From a virus (lineage: Duplodnaviria > Heunggongvirae > Uroviricota > Caudoviricetes), in IMG/VR virus record IMGVR_UViG_2541047807_000012: a stretch of 43,752 nt of DNA; one strand, 5' to 3'. The notes under the pieces were generated by a model. That model did not search any database and had not been told where the DNA came from. It saw nothing but the letters and a program-made list of their open reading frames with translations. Positions 1 to 8,344 of the stretch are shown here, piece by piece. The translations under genes were made by a program, and so were the position numbers. Each line of letters begins with the position of its first letter. Position 1 is the first letter of the stretch.

Positions 1-90
1 TTGCCTCCCCCCCGTTGATGGGTAAAATAGCCGCAATTTTTCGTTTTCAACAAGCGCGGCGCGATGCCGCTTACTCAAGAAGAAAGAATT

Positions 91-165
91 ATGACGTTGT
101 CTCCTTATTTGCAAGAGGTGGCGAAGCGCCGCACTTTTGCCATTATTTCTCACCCCAATAATTAA
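91..165 (+). pseudogene. prfC: Truncated 5' fragment of peptide chain release factor 3 gene (first ~22 codons, then divergence and stop)
   Basis: Translation [22 protein letters not shown] matches the recalled N-terminus of RF3, then reads NN-stop instead of the P-loop DAGKTT. Consistent with an attL junction inside prfC. Confidence 0.6.
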
Positions 166-319
166 GCCCAAATTAAAGCTCTTTCAATCTTTCAAAATCC
201 TTTCAGTTAATTGAGGTTGAGCTATATAAATCATTTAAATACATTTGGTTATGTGACTTCTTTAATTGAAAATTCTTTCATGTAACTTTAAATCGATCAG
301 GTTGCTTTCATCAAAAATC

Positions 320-376
320 TGTACATATGCTTGTACATAATGTACAAAGCAGCAAAGGTGTTTTGCGATTTGTACA
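320..376. promoter_or_regulatory. Cluster of four TGTACA hexamers directly upstream of int start
   Basis: TGTACA at 320, 332, 341 and 371, all within 70 bp of the int ATG at 386. Candidate arm-type or regulator binding sites. Confidence 0.35.
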
Positions 377-385
377 AGGTGAGTA

Positions 386-1609
386 ATGGCGCTGTCTGAT
401 GCGTGGTTGCGTTCAGTCGTTGGAAAGGAACGTGATAAGGTTTTGGTTAAATCCGATCGTGATGGTCTGTCTGTCAGAGTATCACCGAAAGGTCGCGTAG
501 TGTTCCAATATCGTTATCAATGGGCGGGGAAAGGTGAGCGTCTTGATATCGGAACTTACCCGGCAACTGGATTAAAAGAGGCCAGAGAAGAAGTTATCCG
601 TCTCCGTGGTGAACTCGAGTCAAACCGTAATCCACGATTGGTCAAGCAGGCTGAAAAACGAAAAGCTACTGAAGCCATGACGGTAGAGTCTGTGATCCGT
701 GCCTGGTATGAAGCATATTGTGTAAAAAATAAAAAAGGTTCTGAACAGATACTCCGCTCGTTTGAGCTGCACCTGTTCTCTAAAATCGGGAATATCCCTC
801 ACGATGCAGCTACATTGCATGATTGGTTAGAAGTCCTGGAGCCTCTTAGCACTAAGACTCCAGCAATAGCAGACCGATTGCTAATTAACGCAAAGCAGGC
901 CCATGTCTGGGCGTATAAGAGAAAGCTCATTGAAACTCGCCCGCTGTCGGATATCACGGGTAAAGATATGGATATCCGTAAAGGTCAGAAGAAACGGTTT
1001 CTGACACATGATGAAATTAAAATCCTTTATGCTGCGATCGATGGTTCTCGAATGGTTCCTAAATACCGGGCCTTCATTAAACTATTGCTGCATTTTGGCT
1101 GCCGTAGTTCAGAGCTAATTACCGCTAGGGTGGACGATTTTGATTTCATTAATAAAGTATGGACTGTACCACCAGAACGACATAAGACTGGGGAGATAAC
1201 AGGCGAACCGCTAAAGCGGCCCATTATTGAACCGGTTGAAGAGCTTATAAAGTACGCTATTTCTATGAACAATGGTTCCGATATGCTTTTTACTAAGGAA
1301 GGAAGCAGGGAACCCGTTGGTCGGACATCATTGCAGTCGCTGCCTTACAATTTAATGCAGTACGCATGGCGGCGTTTGGGGTATCAATTCCCTCATTGGT
1401 CTCTTCATGATTTGAGGCGAACAGCACGAACAAACTTTTCTGATCTTACTGCGCCTCATATTGCAGAAATAATGCTAGGTCATAAACTGCCAGGGGTATG
1501 GCAAGTTTATGACAAGAGCGATTATCTAGAAGAACAGCGTAAAGCCTACCAGGCATGGTGGGAGAGAGTTGAATCGATCGTTACTTGTACTAATTCAGAC
1601 ACCAACTGA
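386..1609 (+). CDS. int: Phage tyrosine integrase (site-specific recombinase)
   Basis: 407 aa ORF. N-terminal arm-binding-like region and C-terminal catalytic region with the HxxR...Y-type pattern (HDLRRTARTNF...WQVY). Sits next to the att junction. Confidence 0.9.
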   Translation: MALSDAWLRSVVGKERDKVLVKSDRDGLSVRVSPKGRVVFQYRYQWAGKGERLDIGTYPATGLKEAREEVIRLRGELESNRNPRLVKQAEKRKATEAMTVESVIRAWYEAYCVKNKKGSEQILRSFELHLFSKIGNIPHDAATLHDWLEVLEPLSTKTPAIADRLLINAKQAHVWAYKRKLIETRPLSDITGKDMDIRKGQKKRFLTHDEIKILYAAIDGSRMVPKYRAFIKLLLHFGCRSSELITARVDDFDFINKVWTVPPERHKTGEITGEPLKRPIIEPVEELIKYAISMNNGSDMLFTKEGSREPVGRTSLQSLPYNLMQYAWRRLGYQFPHWSLHDLRRTARTNFSDLTAPHIAEIMLGHKLPGVWQVYDKSDYLEEQRKAYQAWWERVESIVTCTNSDTN

Positions 1610-1796
1610 TAGTTCGCTCTGAGCTAGGAACGGATATTCTTATACAAACGGTGTTGCCAGATTGCAGTAAAACTATTGATTGATAAGTGAGCAGACACAG
1701 ATAAGCAGTCAATGAAACCAAAACTTCGCCAGCGATGACATTATCTGCAAGTCCTTTACTACAAACCTCCCATTTAGCTCTAATGTAAGGAATGCT

Positions 1797-2348
1797 ATGC
1801 ACCATCCAATACCCGCACAGTTAGATACGCCTGAAACCCTGAATTTTTGTCTGCAAGTTGTTCCTGATGCTCATGCTGTATTGATTAAAAATGAACCTTT
1901 CTCGGGAGCGGAAGTTATGGACTGCTTTTCGAATGTTGAAATGGTGATTGAACAGAATGGCGGAAGAGCTGTTTACGGTTGGGCTATCTGGCAGGTACCG
2001 GGAGTTTATATTGAAGCTGAGTTCCACTGTATTTGGGAGAATGATGCTGGAGAAATGCTGGATATCACGCCATATCCTTATCGTACGGAAAATATTTTAT
2101 TTCTACCTGATAGTACGCGGATTTATAGGGGGCAGCAGGTAGACAATATCCGCCAGGCTCTTGTAAATGATCCTGATGTGATCAGATGGTTGTATCTTGC
2201 TAGAAAACGTTTTGAAATATTAAATACTGGTGACCTAGCGAACCAGCATGGGCATATTGAATTGCCACCCAAATTAGCCAAAGAGTTTAGCAAAGTTGTC
2301 GATGAGATAGAAAGGCTGTATTCCCGACTAAATCTCCGATATTCATGA
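1797..2348 (+). CDS. Hypothetical protein (int-proximal cargo)
   Basis: 183 aa ORF with an AAGGA Shine-Dalgarno 5-6 nt before the ATG. No family recognised. Confidence 0.5.
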   Translation: MHHPIPAQLDTPETLNFCLQVVPDAHAVLIKNEPFSGAEVMDCFSNVEMVIEQNGGRAVYGWAIWQVPGVYIEAEFHCIWENDAGEMLDITPYPYRTENILFLPDSTRIYRGQQVDNIRQALVNDPDVIRWLYLARKRFEILNTGDLANQHGHIELPPKLAKEFSKVVDEIERLYSRLNLRYS

Positions 2349-2452
2349 CGAGAGGGTATTGCTATACCCACTGACCATTGAAGATAACGCCTACGGCAGG
2401 CTGTTCGAGTTAGTTGTATTATGGCGGCATATGCCGCCAGTTTTAATCAGTA

Positions 2453-2656
2453 TTAGCACAGCCACGAGGTCATACCTGTAATTACGGCTTTAGTTAATGC
2501 AATTAACTCCTTGTCAGAAAGTTCTTCTAGTTCCTTTCCAGGAAATAGGCCTGGTAACATGTCATTAGCAATATGTTCCAGCTCAATATATTTTCCTAAA
2601 AGTAAGGAGTCTTTGTATAGTTCAATCAGTTCTTCTTTCATCGATAAATCCCTCAT
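2453..2656 (-). CDS. Small acidic hypothetical protein (likely starts at internal Met, ~62 aa)
   Basis: 67 aa ORF; GAGGGA Shine-Dalgarno precedes the second ATG (MKEELIELYK...). Convergent with the 183 aa ORF. Confidence 0.4.
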   Translation of the reverse strand: MRDLSMKEELIELYKDSLLLGKYIELEHIANDMLPGLFPGKELEELSDKELIALTKAVITGMTSWLC

Positions 2657-2963
2657 TCTACGCTAGAAAAAACAATCAGTTAACGTTATATAACTAGGCG
2701 ATACTCCCAGAATTCAATTCACAATAGTGCGCACTTATTGTGAAAAGTCGGTCGTGATATGTTTTGCAGATTGTCTAAAGTGACAGTATCTTGCAGCGCG
2801 TACATCAAGAATCACCGCCGGGCGCACCAGCTGACTGACCTGTTCCCCGTTGTTCAAGGATAGCGTTGCATCGACCCGTTGAACTCACAGCATAGCGCAA
2901 GCTGTCAGATTAGGTTTGGCTCTATGCCATAGATGTGTCAGCTCCCATCTGAGATAATACACG

Positions 2964-3158
2964 TTACTCAATAACTCCAGCAAACCTGTATATCTTGCGT
3001 GATGCCCATTTATTTGGGCAGGATTTAATATCAGGATCTGGAAAGTCAGGCCTGTATTTCTGGCCAGTTCTCCTGTTTACGCTGTTCCAGCGAAGAACAG
3101 TCGATACTGAAACGCCACAGAATTCGGCAACTTGTTTTGTTGTCATTAAGTTGTTCAT
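2964..3158 (-). CDS. xis: Excisionase / AlpA-TorI-like small DNA-binding protein
   Basis: 64 aa with an HTH motif (TTKQVAEFCGVSVSTVLRW). Position and size match TorI/Xis of KplE1-type prophages. Confidence 0.7.
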   Translation of the reverse strand: MNNLMTTKQVAEFCGVSVSTVLRWNSVNRRTGQKYRPDFPDPDIKSCPNKWASRKIYRFAGVIE

Positions 3159-3778
3159 TACTTCACCTCCTGCGGCGGCTCCGGTAGCGGCATCCAGTGG
3201 GTTACTTTCGATGCCGGTTCTTCCCCATTGTCAGTAACTGCCCACCATTTGTTTCTCGAACAATCGTAATACCCTTCGAAGGTATCGCACTCAGTCCAGC
3301 CGTAAGACTTACCCCAACACCAAACATACTGTTTATCGTTCGGCATTCGCTCACTACAGCTTATCCAACCATCCGGAGTTACCGGAGAGTTGCCCGACAG
3401 CTTGTTCAACTTGTAAGTCTGGCTTACAGGTTTGACACCATGAAGCATGGTGGCGCGGCAGGCGTTCCAGCCTTCATCAAAACCGACTATGCCATTATTT
3501 AAAAACGGACGAGCATCTGGCACCACCAGTACTGGCTTGGCTATATATAGCGGCTGAACATACCAGCCCTTTGATAACCAACTGTCAGCAATGTTTTTGC
3601 TCCTGGTTATTGCCGGAATACCTAAGCCATTGTCTGAATGCAGCCATGCCACCGGCTCCTCTTCCAGCGATGCCAGAGCAATTTCATAAGCACGGCGCTC
3701 AATATCGTCTCGAACCTCTAGGCTGCTGATTCGTTCTTTGATTTCTTTAATCAGTTCTTTATTGGTAAATGTGGTCAT
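3158..3778 (-). CDS. DUF551-family prophage protein
   Basis: 206 aa; Cys/Trp-rich C-terminal region ending in the WMPLPEPP-type motif typical of DUF551 early-region proteins. Confidence 0.7.
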   Translation of the reverse strand: MTTFTNKELIKEIKERISSLEVRDDIERRAYEIALASLEEEPVAWLHSDNGLGIPAITRSKNIADSWLSKGWYVQPLYIAKPVLVVPDARPFLNNGIVGFDEGWNACRATMLHGVKPVSQTYKLNKLSGNSPVTPDGWISCSERMPNDKQYVWCWGKSYGWTECDTFEGYYDCSRNKWWAVTDNGEEPASKVTHWMPLPEPPQEVK

Positions 3779-4140
3779 TATGCTCCAGCCTCCGGCGCTT
3801 TTGGCATTACTGCCCAGTGAGTGATATTGAAGTTTTCAAGGTCCCCGACCTGAAATGTCCACTGCCATTCTTCGGTTTCTTTTTGTCCCCAGGTGTACCA
3901 GAGAGAACGCCAGCCAATCAGCCAGCCTTCTCCGTTAGCATCAAATAACAGAACACTTTCATTTGCTGGTGGCAGTTCAGCTGACACTGGTATTATTTTG
4001 TTTTCCAGTGCCGCACATTTAGCTTCAAGCGCGTCGAATTTACGTACCAGGTACCCAGCATTTGTTTCGTTCACTTTCAGATCTCGCGGTACACATTTCC
4101 CGCGAAGAAACCCTTCCATTTCGAAAACATTCATGCGCAT
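3778..4140 (-). CDS. Hypothetical early protein (YfdS-like by position and size)
   Basis: 120 aa ORF, translationally coupled to neighbours in the leftward operon. Confidence 0.5.
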   Translation of the reverse strand: MRMNVFEMEGFLRGKCVPRDLKVNETNAGYLVRKFDALEAKCAALENKIIPVSAELPPANESVLLFDANGEGWLIGWRSLWYTWGQKETEEWQWTFQVGDLENFNITHWAVMPKAPEAGA

Positions 4141-4667
4141 TTGCGTAACTCCGATAACTCGTTAAAACGTTCCATAAACATCCCGTAGGCATGGCTAGGT
4201 GCCAGTGGAATCACGTTGAACATCTCTGTTGCCGGGATACCTTCCAGTACAGGCCAGAAAGAGCCATCATCAAGCCCGAGATCGCGGCGTTCGGTTGCCA
4301 GCATGATGAGATCGGCATATTTCACGGGCGTACTCATAACTGGGGGTAACCCGTATTTCTCACGGATTACGGCATCTATTTTTTCTTCCATCCGTTTATA
4401 GTCAGGAAGAAGGCGTTTCAGTGGCGCGGGAATGTCCTGACAATACGCTTCTGTTGCATCATGCATTAACGCTTCAAAAGCAAATTCCTGCGGTACCAGC
4501 TGGCTGCAAAGCACCGCATGTTGGGCGACGCTGTAGAAGTGTGAAAGATGTCCTGCAAAGCGACAGATATTTGAAAGGGAAACCGCGATATCGTTAATAA
4601 CGATGTCATCTTTATTTATCTTGTCATAATAAAAATGCTTCCCGGAAAAAGTTTTAATAAATGACAT
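4131..4667 (-). CDS. HD-domain phosphohydrolase (YfdR-like 5'-deoxynucleotidase family)
   Basis: HD-type metal-binding residues (H...HD...ALMHDATE). Start set at MSFIKTF, giving ~178 aa. Confidence 0.75.
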   Translation of the reverse strand: MSFIKTFSGKHFYYDKINKDDIVINDIAVSLSNICRFAGHLSHFYSVAQHAVLCSQLVPQEFAFEALMHDATEAYCQDIPAPLKRLLPDYKRMEEKIDAVIREKYGLPPVMSTPVKYADLIMLATERRDLGLDDGSFWPVLEGIPATEMFNVIPLAPSHAYGMFMERFNELSELRKCA

Positions 4668-4794
4668 TTTGTTCTCCACGTATATGCGCTGCACCGCGCT
4701 GAATTTGGGTAAAAGGAAGCCCTCACCATCCGGTGATTATTGAGTTAATTACGTTTCCATAAATGCCCCCGCAGGGGCATTTGCAGTAATGAAA

Positions 4795-5619
4795 TCAGGC
4801 GGTGAAAGTACCAATAAAGGTTTCTACTTTGCTGTCTCTGAATTTCTCAACAAGCAGATCACGAAATTCGTTAGCCATATCTTCCTGCACCGCTTCCAGC
4901 TGAATAATGCGCAGAACCAGTACAGGACGATCGCCAGTGATAATGCTGAGGCGTAATTTAAACGGACGTTCTTTCAGGCCTTCAAACGGAACGCATTTAA
5001 ATTCAAATGCCACTGGCATAATGTCTTTGGTTTTCGCTTCGACAGATTCCATCAGGGAGCGTTTGCCGCTGAAGTCATTATCTTCAAAATCAGCGGTCTG
5101 GTTTGCTTCAATCGTGATTTTACGGATTGCCGCAGCCGCTTTTGTTGCCTGAATGGCGTCACCATTAGCATCAAAGCCCACAAGGTAGTCGGCCCAGTCT
5201 TCAATCCATTCTGCCAGTGACTTCTGGGAGTTACGCTCGCCGTTAACAGACAACAGTGCAGAGAACGGTGCTGTCTTTTTCAGTTTGAGAGTGGCGGTGT
5301 TATCTGCGTGACCTGGTTCATTAATAGTACCCAGGTTAAGCACACTGACGGCACGCATATTATCAGCATCGATAAAGCAGCGGGTGCCTTCATCTGCAAG
5401 ATCTTTAGAATAACGGGTAAAGTCATCGATGCTGGCAGTGGAAAGCGCACCACGGAAACGGAAGCGATTTAAATTAAATTTTTCCAGATCATGAATGCGG
5501 AAATTCTCAGGCAATGCCACAGCATCGGCACCAATCTTACTGATAATTTCATTAACACCCTGAGCAGAAATAAGGGCATGGATTTGATTAATTGCGGTTG
5601 CGTCTAAGTTCTGAGACAT
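4795..5619 (-). CDS. YfdQ-family (DUF2303) prophage protein
   Basis: 274 aa, matching the size and recalled N-terminus of YfdQ-like proteins. Confidence 0.65.
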   Translation of the reverse strand: MSQNLDATAINQIHALISAQGVNEIISKIGADAVALPENFRIHDLEKFNLNRFRFRGALSTASIDDFTRYSKDLADEGTRCFIDADNMRAVSVLNLGTINEPGHADNTATLKLKKTAPFSALLSVNGERNSQKSLAEWIEDWADYLVGFDANGDAIQATKAAAAIRKITIEANQTADFEDNDFSGKRSLMESVEAKTKDIMPVAFEFKCVPFEGLKERPFKLRLSIITGDRPVLVLRIIQLEAVQEDMANEFRDLLVEKFRDSKVETFIGTFTA

Positions 5620-5684
5620 AATAAGTCCTCACTATATTAAGATATTCAGTGATGAGATAAATAATCAGTTAATTAAGAACGATA

Positions 5685-6047
5685 TTAATGACCTGCTGCG
5701 CGGAGTTTTCCGTCAGGCTCACCGGCAAGAGTCAGTAATTGTCCCTGGTCTTCCTGCAGAATAGTCAGGCGACCACCGCGATTGACATACATCGGCGTTT
5801 CGGTGGTGTCTTCTTCGGAAATTTTCCCGCGGTTAGTCGGGCGAACATATGAGAGTTTGTGTTTGATTTTCACACGGTTCTCATCAAATGGTTCGATTTC
5901 CAGGTTGAGTGAGACCTTACCTTTGGTTTTCGTGTTCATCACACCTGAAGCGACTTCACTGAGAACTGCGCCGATTTTGGTTTCAAATACGCCGCCGTCC
6001 AGCTCCCCGATAAATGCCTGCACATCAGTACTGCGTTCGCTAGCCAT
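5685..6047 (-). CDS. Hypothetical early-left protein (YfdP-like by position), first gene after the pL leader
   Basis: Start set at MASERS, which has a GAGGAG Shine-Dalgarno 7 nt upstream; gives 120 aa. The longer ORF-track start lacks an RBS. Confidence 0.5.
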   Translation of the reverse strand: MASERSTDVQAFIGELDGGVFETKIGAVLSEVASGVMNTKTKGKVSLNLEIEPFDENRVKIKHKLSYVRPTNRGKISEEDTTETPMYVNRGGRLTILQEDQGQLLTLAGEPDGKLRAAGH

Positions 6048-6095
6048 TTTGCTGCTCCTCATCATATCGGCCCTGCAAGGCCGATTAGTTTCTCC

Positions 6096-6184
6096 ACAAA
6101 ACAGAGAAGAACACCTGTGGTGGCAGCCGCCCGGATGGATTGGGTTATGAGCCTGTCGTCCGGTGATGCTCTTCTCTGTTTTGT
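6096..6184 (-). other. Large imperfect inverted repeat (18 bp arms, ~52 nt loop) in the pL leader
   Basis: ACAAAACAGAGAAGAaCA at 6096-6113 pairs with TGCTCTTCTCTGTTTTGT at 6167-6184 with one mismatch. Confidence 0.6.
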
Positions 6185-6230
6185 AAAAAGAGCGGTACCA
6201 GCCGGAAGCAAGGGTACAAGCTGGTACCGC
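6184..6230 (-). terminator. Candidate intrinsic terminator within the leftward leader
   Basis: Perfect 11 bp GC-rich stem (GCGGTACCAGC / GCTGGTACCGC) followed on the minus strand by UCUUUUUA. Confidence 0.5.
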
Positions 6231-6654
6231 CAAAGCAGTGGCTGTTGTGGTGGGGTTGTCACTCAGGCGTATGGTCAACCTGACAATCCGGTGTCCTCAA
6301 CGGGGAAAGAGTAACCCCGCCATACTTACCGCCGCGCCATTTCGCGGATTACCACAACGCTGAGAGCACTTAGCCAGTTACGGCACCACACTTTGTCGCG
6401 GCTCCATAAATGCCCTCATCGTTGCACCCTGGTCTCTTCCCAGGCGTCAAACCGGATCGCCACGCTGGTTAGGCGTCTTATCAGCATCATCATTGACTTG
6501 CACATTCCGGCTACCTGGTTTGTTTGCCCGAGCAAGGAGTGGATTGTCCCCTTTAACGTCCCCAGACCGCTAACGACGCATGTGCCATACGCCGTGTTAC
6601 AACCAAATTTTGTTAGTACCTTGTTTGTTGGTCTGGAAAGAAAGATAAAATGAA

Positions 6655-6693
6655 GTTGCGCATTATGCAAGTGTTTTTATTGCGAGATGTGCA
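6655..6693. promoter_or_regulatory. oL-like operator pair / pL region
   Basis: Two 15 bp sites TTGCGCATTATGCAA and TTGCGAGATGTGCAA share the pattern TTGCG-N5-(T/A)GCAA with a site in the cI-cro intergenic region. Confidence 0.55.
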
Positions 6694-6708
6694 ATTTTGT
6701 GGGTAATG

Positions 6709-6729
6709 AAAAGCCACCTTCGGGTGGCT
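6709..6729 (-). terminator. Intrinsic terminator downstream of cI
   Basis: Hairpin AGCCACC-ttcg-GGTGGCT followed by a T-run on the minus strand, just 3' of the cI stop. Confidence 0.6.
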
Positions 6730-6749
6730 AATTGATGAGGAGGTAAGGG

Positions 6750-7442
6750 TTAATTGTGTCGCTTAAGGGTTTGTGACTGGCTGATTAAGACCTTTCCAAA
6801 GACCATAAACCGGTGTTCATTTTCGCTGGTAATTCCCCATTCACGGTAAATCTGGTTATCAGAAATCACCAGTAGTTTGTCAGGTATCATTTGCAGTCGT
6901 TTGACATAAATTTTATCATCAAAACCAAATACATAGATACCATCCCCATCAAACTGATTGATACTTACATCAACGAAGATGAGATCTCCTGGCTCAATGG
7001 TTGGACACATACTGTCCCCACGAACGTTGATAACTTTAATGTGATTGGCTGGCCGTCCGCCAAACATCGATACAGCATTATCAGTTCTGTATTCAATGGC
7101 ATGAATCACATCAATGACATCACCGCCTTGGATAAGGCCATTTCCCGCACTGGCACTGACATCCAGCATTTCAATACGGAATACATCCTTCACCTGCGCA
7201 ACATCCTCACTAATACTGTTTTTATATACAGTATTACTTTTGAGGTCTGAGGTAAAGAGATCAGCAATATCAACACCTAAGCTCCTGGCAATATTACTCA
7301 GGGCTTGTTCAGTGAATTGTTTCTGCTTACCTGTTTCCAGGCGTGAGATATTCGCCGCATCCACTCCTATTGCTTCAGCGAGATCGGCGATTTTCATGTT
7401 CTTCGCCTGGCGAAGTTGTCTGACTCGATTTCCTATGTTCAT
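6750..7442 (-). CDS. cI: CI-like prophage repressor (HTH_XRE + S24 LexA-like peptidase)
   Basis: 230 aa. N-terminal HTH (QAKNMKIADLAEAIGVDAANISRLETGK) and a C-terminal S24 domain with the Ser (GDSM) and Lys (KRL) catalytic pattern. Divergent from cro. Confidence 0.9.
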   Translation of the reverse strand: MNIGNRVRQLRQAKNMKIADLAEAIGVDAANISRLETGKQKQFTEQALSNIARSLGVDIADLFTSDLKSNTVYKNSISEDVAQVKDVFRIEMLDVSASAGNGLIQGGDVIDVIHAIEYRTDNAVSMFGGRPANHIKVINVRGDSMCPTIEPGDLIFVDVSINQFDGDGIYVFGFDDKIYVKRLQMIPDKLLVISDNQIYREWGITSENEHRFMVFGKVLISQSQTLKRHN

Positions 7443-7539
7443 GCGTTTATTACATTTCTTTATTGCGCGTTAAGCAAATCAACTTGCGCAAAATATTTGC
7501 GTGAAATAATATGCTTCTCACGCAATATGTGGAGGTTAT
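7443..7539. promoter_or_regulatory. oR / pR-pRM divergent promoter-operator region
   Basis: Contains TTGCGCGTTAAGCAA (7463-7477), the palindrome CGCAAAATATTTGCG (7487-7501) and the inverted pair TTGCGTGA...TCACGCAA. Confidence 0.6.
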
Positions 7540-7800
7540 ATGCAATCACCATTACGAAATGTGCGTAAGGCGCACGGATTTACTTTGCAGCATGTTGCTG
7601 CGGGCGTTCAGGTCAATCCAGCGACGCTGAGTCGTATTGAAAGACTGGAACAAATTCCATCTATCGATCTTGCAGAACGTCTAGCCAATTTTTTTAAGGG
7701 TGAAATCAGCGAAATGCAGATTCTTTATCCGGCACGTTTTCAATCTAGCCAAAACCAGAATGGGTTTAAACCACAGGAACAGGAGGTAAGCCGTGGGTAA
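7540..7800 (+). CDS. cro: Cro-like HTH regulator
   Basis: 86 aa with an HTH (FTLQHVAAGVQVNPATLSRIE), transcribed divergently from cI. Confidence 0.8.
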   Translation: MQSPLRNVRKAHGFTLQHVAAGVQVNPATLSRIERLEQIPSIDLAERLANFFKGEISEMQILYPARFQSSQNQNGFKPQEQEVSRG

Positions 7801-8344
7801 GCATCACTGGAAAGTGGAAAAACAACCTGACTGGTACGTGAAAGCTGTCAGAAAAACTATCGCGGCATTGCCAGGTGGTTACGCTGAAGCTGCTGACTGG
7901 CTGGATGTAACAGAGAACGCTTTATTCAACCGCCTTCGTGCAGATGGCGATCAGATTTTCCCGCTGGGATGGGCAATGATTTTACAGCGCGCGGCTGGCA
8001 CTCACTACATTGCGGATGCTGTCGCACAGTCTGCTGGTGGGGTGTTTGTATCACTTCCTGAAATTGAGGAGGTAGAGAACGCTGATATCAACCAACGCCT
8101 GCTGGAAGTCATTGAACAGATCGGGAGTTACTCAAAGCAGATTCGTTCGGCAATCGAAGATGGGGTAGTGGAGCCACACGAACAAACAGCAATTAATGAT
8201 GAGTTGTATCTGTCGATTTCGAAGCTCCAGGAGCATGCGGCACTGGTCTACAAAATTTTCTGCGTTCCAGAAAAGAGTGACGCCCGCGAGTGTGCAGCTC
8301 CGGGCGTCGTGGCGTTTTGTGTCTGTGGAGAAACTAACGCATGA
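7793..8344 (+). CDS. CII-like / YdaT-like phage regulatory protein
   Basis: 183 aa; GTG start with an AGGAGG Shine-Dalgarno. Position after cro. Family assignment is from recall only. Confidence 0.45.
   Translation: MGKHHWKVEKQPDWYVKAVRKTIAALPGGYAEAADWLDVTENALFNRLRADGDQIFPLGWAMILQRAAGTHYIADAVAQSAGGVFVSLPEIEEVENADINQRLLEVIEQIGSYSKQIRSAIEDGVVEPHEQTAINDELYLSISKLQEHAALVYKIFCVPEKSDARECAAPGVVAFCVCGETNA

Noticed and set aside
5685-6278. Long 197 aa form of the first leftward gene
   Set aside because: The upstream 77 codons overlap the leader hairpins and lack an RBS; the internal Met at 6047 has a GAGGAG Shine-Dalgarno.
6048-6400. Retron msr/msd-like ncRNA suggested by the long inverted repeats
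   Set aside because: No reverse transcriptase gene anywhere in the window; the hairpins are more simply explained as terminator or attenuator structures in the pL leader.
6416-6670. 84 aa minus-strand ORF in the pL leader as a possible N antiterminator
   Set aside because: Its TTG start lies inside the operator sites, upstream of any plausible transcript start, and there is no N-terminal Arg-rich motif.
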